From positions 1,426,001 to 1,490,000 of the forward strand of contig NC_043002.1 in the NCBI RefSeq assembly GCF_006345805.1: a stretch of 64,000 nt of DNA, written 5' to 3'. The stretch's first letter is position 1; each line of letters begins with the position of its first letter. The position numbers and the translations under genes are program-made. The stretch is from Octopus sinensis (taxonomy: Eukaryota). The notes beneath the pieces were generated by a model, which searched no databases, was not told where the DNA came from, and was given only the letters and a program-made list of their open reading frames with translations. This document shows, one piece after another, positions 55,401-64,000 of the stretch.

Positions 55401-56723
55401 TGTATGGACTTACTTAGAAACAGTTCCTATATATTTCTCACATTTGGAAGTTAGATTAATAATTCATTCTTTTTCAGTAAATATGTTTTTCAAGTGAGTG
55501 AAGTAATTTACTGAGAAGTCAAAAGAGAAAATTCGACATTTTGTTTTTTGAAAATATTGTCGTCTTGGGTGTCAGGGTTGATTACATTTAAAATACATTT
55601 GTCTGGAATTTGATAATATTTATAAAAAAGTATAAGACAAGCAGATTTATCTTTCATATGTGCGATAAAAATATGAATTACTGTCAATATTTTAGATTGA
55701 ATGTATGGAGCAATAACATCTGGAGACGTTGTAGCGACATTGCCATCAAGTTCCCGTAGTTCATCAGAACATGAAATGGATTTGAAAATAAATATGAAAA
55801 CCATCTTCACTTGAGTTCTTCCGTCTATCTGCACGACTAAGATACAATTCCATCATTTCTAGAAATCACCAAACACATATTTTTTTAATTTAGTAAACGT
55901 TATTACATTCATTTGAGAACTCTGATTATTTTTTCGTTTGTTCTAAAATCTATGATTTTGAAAGGTAAATTTTCTTGTTCGTGACAAACTTTCAATCAAC
56001 ATGGTATCCTACACCTACGCCAACACAGACTCCATTCTATGAAATGCTATATTAATTTTCAACTCACAGAAATATGAAGTATTTCCAATATAGACAAGGA
56101 TGTATCTCAATATATAATATATTTTAGCTTGTGTTGTCGGTCAAGTTCTTCAATAATATTGAGATTCTTAAAAAGTTGATTCCTATGAATATAAAGATTA
56201 ATATATAAACTGCCAATACTGAAAGCAATTACTGTAATTTCCAAACGCCTCTAAAAACATTTATTACTTATGTAAAGGATGACAAATGCCAGGAGCTCTA
56301 CCGTACTCAAACCAATCTGAACACTCACAATGTAGCGCATTACTCATTTAACGCCGAAGAATTTATAGTAAAATATGAAGTCGTGTATTTCGTTATACAA
56401 AATTTAAGTAAAGAATGGAAAACTTAGGTTTTCCATTTATCCCGAGTGTTGCAAAATATTAATGGTATAACGTTTTCTTAAACAAAGAGCAAGACACAAG
56501 CATATATTATTGATGGGTCTTTACACATATATACTGATTTCCCCATCTTCACCATTGTGAAATGATGGCGAGGTAGTTTTAGACATTGATGAAAACAAAT
56601 CTGGCTCAATGTTTGGAGTTCGCATCCTGAAATGAGGTCAGTGTATGTCAAAATGCTCAAAACATTATTAGGTACATGAAGAAATATCACCACAACACCG
56701 TTTCGTTCAACAATCTATATGTT

Positions 56724-56763
<40 letters not shown>

Positions 56764-57529
56764 CGTGCCTGCGCGAGGATGTGTGTATATATACATATGC
56801 GTTCGTGTGGAAGTAAAATCGTGACCAAGTAAGACCATTTCTCAAACTTAGCCCATGGAAAGGTTCCGAGACTCAAAGACCTTCCAGTACGTGAATTTGT
56901 TTTGAGTAGGTAAATTATTGCACAGCACTAAACTAGCTTTAAAACAAGTGGCAGAACGGGGGTCGAGACGACCAGTAACCCAATGAACTTCAGTTGTTTT
57001 TGTAAGAGTTTACCTTCTAAAAGTAAGTTCTAAGGAGAACTAGGGTTTCTTCACTCCTGTTCTTTGACATGCTAGTTAATCCGTAGCTGCTACTCAAGAT
57101 CAAAGTAGACCTGAGAACATTAGTGGCTAAGAGGTGGTTTCAAGCTTCTCAATACCAAAGCACTCCCGTTACAGGGCCCCAATATCGGATGAAGTTTAGA
57201 GTCAAAATGAGGACAACTATATACACATATAAATATATAAAAGAATGGTAGAAAAATGACATTTAAAAAAATGGAACATTAATCTGAGTAAGCTGCTCAT
57301 TCAGGGTCAGCAATCAGTTTACACAGTAATATAACGACCGTGTGGTGCAACGTAATATGTCTATGGAACTGAAAACCTAGGAAATTCGAAATTTTAAATT
57401 TCGTTTTCGTAAGGAGCAAATCAATCAGGAATTTGGATTTAATTTTTCTATAAGATGTTCAGAGGACTACAGCCGTTCTGTTACCTCCTTCATAGAGTAT
57501 TATTAATTTCGGAACGCAAAATTGTACGT

Positions 57530-57531
<2 letters not shown>

Positions 57532-57599
<68 letters not shown>

Positions 57600-57745
57600 A
57601 CACACACACACACAAACACACATACACACACACATATATATATACACATAAATATATATATATATACATGAATACATATCTATGTGCATACATAAATACA
57701 CACGTACACACAAACATATGTATGTATGTATGTATGTATGTATGT
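57532..57745. repeat. (CA)n/(TA)n/(TATG)n microsatellite
   Basis: Direct reading. Confidence 0.95.
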
Positions 57746-57749
57746 TTAT

Positions 57750-58075
57750 GTCAGGTCATTTTCGAGTGCTACTGGTAACATGTAACCCAGTACAACCTGT
57801 TGCATGGTCCGGTCGTCGGCGACTAAACCGGCAACCCCACCTAGCTTGCTTGGTGAGGAGGGTGTTTATTGGACACCCTGCGGAATGAAAAACAAAATCC
57901 GTCAAAGGGCGGAGGAACTCTTGAGAGTCAACGGCCATCCAATAAATGTCTTAAGGCTGTATCATGCGCGGGGACAGAAATAATAAATCGCGCGGATAAA
58001 TACCCGATCGCGCGGTTAAACCATTGGGAGTGAAGGACTCCTAGCCTTTGTTAGGGCATCCTTCTAGGAGAAGGT
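57750..58075 (+). mobile_element. GC-rich structured segment, probably an isolated RTE-type LINE 5'UTR
   Basis: Non-coding; several hairpins; GGCAACCCC and GGCATCCTTCTAGGAGAAGGTAACTC resemble RTE leader motifs (from memory). Confidence 0.4.
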
Positions 58076-58124
58076 AACTCAGGTAACTGGGATAACTCCG
58101 ACATAAAACAATTTAAAGAAGAGA

Positions 58125-59123
58125 GAAAGATTGATAGAAAAGAACACAAGATTCGAAGTGATTTCAAGCACAATCCAAAGTTTCTCGCTGCCCTCAAACC
58201 TTCGATTAAAACCAACCCATCAACATCCATGACAACTCTTGCATAGAAACGCAATGTGTCCCTTTCCTCGGTGCCCCAAGTTGTGAACAGGAACCTTGGC
58301 ATGACTAGCTATGTTCGACAACGCCGTTACCTCATAAGAGCCAAGGACAAAGCAATCAGAGCCGAGAGATGCTCAAAGCTTCTGTCATTCCTCAAGCATC
58401 AAGGTGCAGAAAAGCTCTCGAGCTTGTGGACGAGAAGTTCACTGAGGACGCTGAGGTGAATTGTAGAAATTCTCGAATGATTGCATACAACCCTTCTGAT
58501 GTCCCCCTGTGTTTGAAACTAAGAATCCGGCCTCTACGTTGGTATTTGGAACTGTGGCGAGTGATAGAAGTGTCATAGATCCACACTACATTGGGTCTGG
58601 CTTGGAGATCGGTACAAAGAAGTGTCTGGATATCCCGAAGAACTCTCTCTTACCTCCGATGGAGAAGAAGCTTGGGCTTGACAATGTGGTGCTTATCTAG
58701 GTCTGTGCATCATGGCATGGTTTAAAATCAACACAGGCCTTCGTTGGTGAGAAGGTGCTCTTTTTGTGAGGGTCAACATCTGGCCCAGTAACAGCCCAGA
58801 GCCCAACCTTGTCGATTACTTTTAATGGAGCGTACTTCAAGCAAGGACCAATGCTCTTCACCACATTCGAGTGTCAACAGTTTGAAGACCTGCATCCTAC
58901 GTGCGACACGCGAAATCAAAGTGGCAGAGTTTACGACAGCTGCGAAAAAGTTTCGTTCCCGTGTGGTGGCAGTAATTTCCCAAAGGGGCGACCATATTCA
59001 GTGATATATGTTTTTCTTGTAATAAATGCTACATTAAAATTATATCTGTCTGCTGCCATTTATTCAGTTTTTATAACCAGCTTTATGCATCATAAATTGT
59101 CTCAGTTTCTCTGTGAGACCCTG
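58125..59123 (+). mobile_element. 5'-truncated maT-like (DD37D) Tc1/mariner transposon remnant with right TIR
   Basis: DEKFTEDAEVNCRNSR, KNPASTLVFGTVASD, IWPSNSPEPNLVDY (37 residues from the mutated second D to the third D). Terminal CTCAGTTTCTCTGTGAGACCCTG ends at 59123 beside (TA)n. Confidence 0.85.
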
Positions 59124-59179
<56 letters not shown>

Positions 59180-59204
59180 CATTCATAGACACACGCACAC
59201 CACA

Positions 59205-59253
<49 letters not shown>

Positions 59254-61139
59254 TCGCTCATAAATATAATTGTGCTGTAACATAACCAGCAAGATCATAC
59301 ACATCAGATCATTTCGTGGCAAGTTAAAATGTCAGACTCTGCTATAAAATAGCAAATAGTTTCATTATATGGTCACAGACAATAGATTTTGATAGTAGAG
59401 TCTGTTGTTTAACACAGAAACAAACGCATGCATATGTTATATATAAATGCACACACAGATACACATATACACGCATGCATATTTAATCTCTCATCTTCCT
59501 AGGGTGAACAAAAATTATCTTTTAGTAATATACTTGCGTTGATATAAAAATCTGAAACGTTTGGTTTTGTGTCAATATTACCTTCGAAAAATTTGTCCGT
59601 TATTAAATTTGTGGAGCATAACATATAGAAATATCTAAATATCAGCAACTGTGAGCTCTTATCCTTTCCTTTTATCGACTGTGTCTGTAATCTTCATCAA
59701 TGGAATCACTGAAGAGTTCTAACTTTAAAATATCCAGATTAATTTAAAGTATTATTTTTTTTCTCTATTTACTTCATTTTTTATTCATCTTTTATTAACA
59801 GTTTTTGTGGCTTTATTAATCTGATGCCTTTTCATTCCCTTCATATCTTTTTGTTTTGTCTTGTAATCAGTTACATCACACGCATTCAATTGATGTTACT
59901 TTTCTTGAAATTGTTTTGCAATATTTCAGCTGTTTACATAATTTAATGAAAATTTCATAGCAAATCAAGTTTTTGAGTATGACGACCGATTGTATATGAG
60001 ACTTTTATTTTTAATTCTGAAAAAATAAATCACTTCCAATATTTAAATACACATATCCAACATGGAACAAAACATTTATTTCTGGAAATTTATATTTCAT
60101 ATGATTCGATAGACTTTAATTTCTACAAAAATATTGCCACAACAAATTATTGGAAGCCCACAGAAATGATAACATATTCAAAAGTATTTGCAATGTTGTT
60201 CAACAACTTACTTTCGAGCGCAAATTTGTGGAAGTTTGTGATGTTGAGACTTCGTTAACTGAAAATTGAATCGAGTTTTAATTAAAGCCTATCACTATCG
60301 CATCTTAACCTCCGACTTCAACTGTAATAAGCGATCTAGAAATACCGTGTTTATGTTATTCATATCAGGTATAATCACGTAGAATGTCGATTTGATCTGG
60401 AGGTCACGATGGTAGTGGTAAAGGAAAACAACAAACCGACAAGCTCAGAATGGTCCGTGGTATTTTTCTGAATAACAAACACGAAAAATGAATGTTACCT
60501 AACATACAAAATTGTTGATTGATTGAAATTATCTTCGTTTTCAGGTCGGGTTCTCCGACCAATCAATGGGAAATGATTAGTCTCAAACCCAAATGAAAAC
60601 GGGAGATAGGCTCAATGATAAAATTCTCCAAAACAGTCGCTAGGGGGGAAAAACCCCAGTCTGAACGGCTGAAGAGAAGAGGACAGATATAGGCACTTCT
60701 TTGTGTGGCAACAACCATACTCCCTCTCTTTCTCTCTCTTTCTCACTATCTATATATTTTTACCTCTCTCTATTTCTCTATTTCTCTATCTATCAATATA
60801 TGTGTGTGTGTGTGTTGTGTGTGTGTGTGTGTATGTGTGTGTATGTGTGTGTATGTATGTATACAGTACTGTCTTTTTTTACGAAAGATACGGACCGTAT
60901 AGAAGTGCTCAAGTTGAACCTGAGACGGTCGACAGTATAATAAATGCAATGGAGAAAGTTCAAATCAGGCAAACTATATATATATATATATATATACGTG
61001 TGTGTGTGTGTGTGTGTAGGTATGTATGTAATATAATATGTGACAATTATTCGGTTTAATTGCCTCATATATTACAAATAAATTCTATTTACATAATGTC
61101 GAGGTCTCATTCATTCTTTTGCTGTCTTACCATTACTAT

Positions 61140-61193
<54 letters not shown>

Positions 61194-61195
61194 GT

Positions 61196-61231
<36 letters not shown>

Positions 61232-62257
61232 TAGACGCTCAATATTTATGGAATTAAATTAATATATTTGTAAATTACGCAATGTAAATATAAGATAAAT
61301 AAAAATTCGATACAGAGAAAGACTCGATGCATTTTGTAATTCATTTTTCGATGGAAATTTAAGAACGAAAACCAGATATAATCTTAGTAAGTGGACGTGG
61401 TTATAATCATCAAATATCGGCAACAAGAACGAGTATGATTTTGATAAGAGTTAATTTTCCATTTAGCTGCTGTTGAACTATGTATGTGGCACGACTTACG
61501 CATGAAGAGTGCAGTTTCTTCAGTATTCCATGGAGAAAGTTTTAATATTACTTAAAGTAATCCCCCACAAATCCACAGTGAAATAATGTAATGATTCTGT
61601 AAAATAATTTTAATAAAAATTATTGGTTTTACATTACAAAAACAACAGACTTCGATAATGGTGAGACTGACAAACGTTACTCTTTGCCCAAGATATATAA
61701 AGAATTATTATATTTACTTCCTTGCCATCGAGGAATTCTAAAACAGTCATAAGATGTACGGATCACCTCTAGAATAAGTAGATAAATAGCTTTCCCACTA
61801 AAAGAATGTTCTAGTCAATATTAAGTGCATAACATAAATGGACTGGACGAACGCTAAAGCAAGAGATGCAACACAATCTAAAAATAATCGTTCTTCTCAA
61901 CATAACGTGACAAATTTACTATTGTTTGCATCTATTTGCCTGGGTAATACAAATGGCGCAGATGATTATGGATAGTATATGCGTTTAAGTATTAATGCAT
62001 ATTAGACAAGGTAGCGACTTTAGAATATATTGGGAACTCTAAATCTTACGTTTAGGGTATTTATACTTTTATTCCGGGTGTCGGAACTTCTGTGAATCTT
62101 TCCCGATTTAAAGTAAAATCATGATTACAGCATTTTTCTTTTCCTTTCATAGCAAAACAAAAGCACTACATAAACTCGTTGCTAAATACGACACTCACAC
62201 ATACATACACACACTTATGTATGTATGTATGTATGTATGTATGTATGTATGTATATA

Positions 62258-62319
<62 letters not shown>

Positions 62320-62596
62320 TCAAATATTACTCTAGTAATAAAGGGTAAAATCAATAAATTGTACCAGGTAGCCAGTGCGGAATAAAATCCTAATAGGTAA
62401 TTTTACAAAATATTTTATAATTATATAGATAATTATAACAAGGGGTCGGTTTTGTGCCTCACCACGCACCGTAAGAAATAGACACTAATATCCTTTTTAC
62501 TGCCTTAAATGTCTGAGAATAACACACTTTACTGTTGGCAAGCAAAAACAAAAAAAAAAAGAAAGAAAGAAAGAAAGGAATCAATAAGGCTGATTA

Positions 62597-62661
62597 ACTA
62601 TGGACGCGTTTCGAACATAAAGTAAAACTTAATTTTCCTTACTGTTACTCTTCAGCATAGT
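62597..62661 (-). ncRNA. Minimal type-I hammerhead ribozyme (near-intact)
   Basis: Minus strand: ACUAUG-CUGAAGA-G(stem II)C-GAAA-CGCG-UC-CAUAGU. Perfect 6-bp stem I, complete core, palindromic stem III, GUC triplet. Confidence 0.8.
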
Positions 62662-62689
62662 ATTTCTTGTAAGTTATAATTATTTATTT

Positions 62690-63632
62690 AATCCATTGGC
62701 GTGAGGTCTGGGGAACGTGCAGGAAATTCAACGGTATCTCCCTTTGCAATCCATTTGTTTGGATTTGTTGCATCGAGGTAAGCCCCTACATCACGATGGT
62801 AGTGGGGAGGGGCTCCATCTTTCAGGAAGTAAAACTCCTCGTCCCCAAACATCTCTTCAATTCGTGGACCGACATTTTCCATCAGTAAGTTTAAGTAAAC
62901 TGGGCCTCTGACAGTTTGGTAAAACATAATGGTCCAACGACACCCAATATTGATATCCCACACCACACAGTAACGCTTGGTAAGTTCAGATGGTGTTCCA
63001 TAGTAAAATATGGATTTTCACGGGCCCAGCATGTGCAATTATGTCAGTTGACTGAACCATTTAACTTGAAGGTGGCCTCATCGCTCCATAAGATTTTCTC
63101 TGGAAACGTTGAATCCTCTGCGAATTTGTTCAGATACCATTCGCAAAATTGAACACTCCGATCAGGATCATCTCCATTGAGGCCTTGAATTAATGTTGGA
63201 ACGTAACTTTTCCAATGAGCTCGCTTCAACATCCGATAAACACTCGATTCTTATCTCACGACTCAATTGTCTTACCGATTTCTTTGGGGATCGGAAAAGG
63301 GTTTCCATTAATTGGTTGTGTCTATTGGCGCTGGTGGATGTTCGTGGTCTTCCAGAGCGCTGCTTACTAACGTTCTGAACAGTTCTGTATGCTTCAAACT
63401 TATCTCTGATGCGAGCAATAGTGTGTCGTGTTGGTGTCTGAAACTGTCTGTTAAATTGTCTTTGCACTTCCGTGACATTTTCGTGCTTCCAGTAGCACTT
63501 TAATATAAATATTTTTCGTCAAACGTTAGTTGTGCATTTGCCATTATGAAGGGTCGGTTGCGTCTGAAAAAAACAGCAACAATACACTAGTAATCGCCTG
63601 TCAAAGAGTGAGTACATCTTTTTGGGACACCT

Positions 63633-63634
<2 letters not shown>
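62690..63634 (-). mobile_element. Tc1/mariner DD41D (rosa/VS-type) transposon remnant, 3'-truncated, left TIR present
   Basis: TA|CAAGGTGTCCCAAAAAGATGTACTCAC terminus at 63634; ATG at 63544; [49 protein letters not shown] (41-residue spacing); frameshifts. Confidence 0.9.

Positions 63635-63692
<58 letters not shown>
63635..63692. repeat. (TA)n microsatellite
   Basis: Direct reading; between the TIR and the hammerhead-bearing element. Confidence 0.95.
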
Positions 63693-63696
<4 letters not shown>

Positions 63697-63915
63697 ATCC
63701 AAACATGAAAACACAAAGAGAAAACGCAACAACGCGAGGACGTGGAACAAGTATAGTGTTATTGGACACTCTGGAAAGGAAAGAAAGAAGGAGGATTTAA
63801 AGTTTCGAGCGGAGCTCTTCGTCAGAAACATAGGAAAAGGAAAGATCCAAGGAAAGGAAGACGGAGAAAGAAAATCGCCAACGATACACACGCGGTCAAA
63901 TATTGAATGACCGGA
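63693..63915 (-). mobile_element. Short non-coding repeat bearing a hammerhead-like motif (63795-63829), flanked by TA runs
   Basis: Minus strand: GUUU-CUGACGA-A-GAGC-UCC-GCUC-GAAA-CUUU-AAAU followed by a pyrimidine tract; (TA)n on both sides. Confidence 0.6.
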
Positions 63916-64000
63916 ATATATATATATTTGTGGCAGTGTGCTGATGCATGCACAGAGAATAGTAATATCTGAAACACTGCAAAAGACAATGTAGAGGGAA

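Overview
AT-rich, microsatellite-dense eukaryotic DNA with no intact recognisable host gene. It is most likely intergenic or intronic sequence from an octopus-like cephalopod; this is an inference from the SINE families and repeat load. The window is a graveyard of mobile elements: RTE-clade LINE fragments, at least six RLE-type (R4/Dong-like) LINE fragments, Penelope-like RT and GIY-YIG fragments, a Gypsy gag fragment, several tRNA-derived SINEs and four Tc1/mariner families (DD36E, DD34D, DD37D, DD41D by manual count of the catalytic spacing). All transposon ORFs carry stops or frameshifts. Most long ORFs in the supplied track are microsatellite translations. The most notable non-standard signal is a set of minimal type-I hammerhead ribozyme motifs. 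One is near-intact (62597-62661, minus strand). Another has a damaged stem III (63795-63829, minus). Together they bracket a DD41D transposase remnant on the same strand. Decayed relatives lie at ~24.9 kb (downstream of a Penelope endonuclease) and ~39 kb. Other leads are a head-to-tail stack of Dong-like LINE 3' ends around (AAT)n tracts, a densely base-paired GC-rich segment with a possible pseudoknot (57.8-58.1 kb) and a few candidate spliced exons on the plus strand. Boundaries of decayed elements are approximate; no database search or folding program was run.
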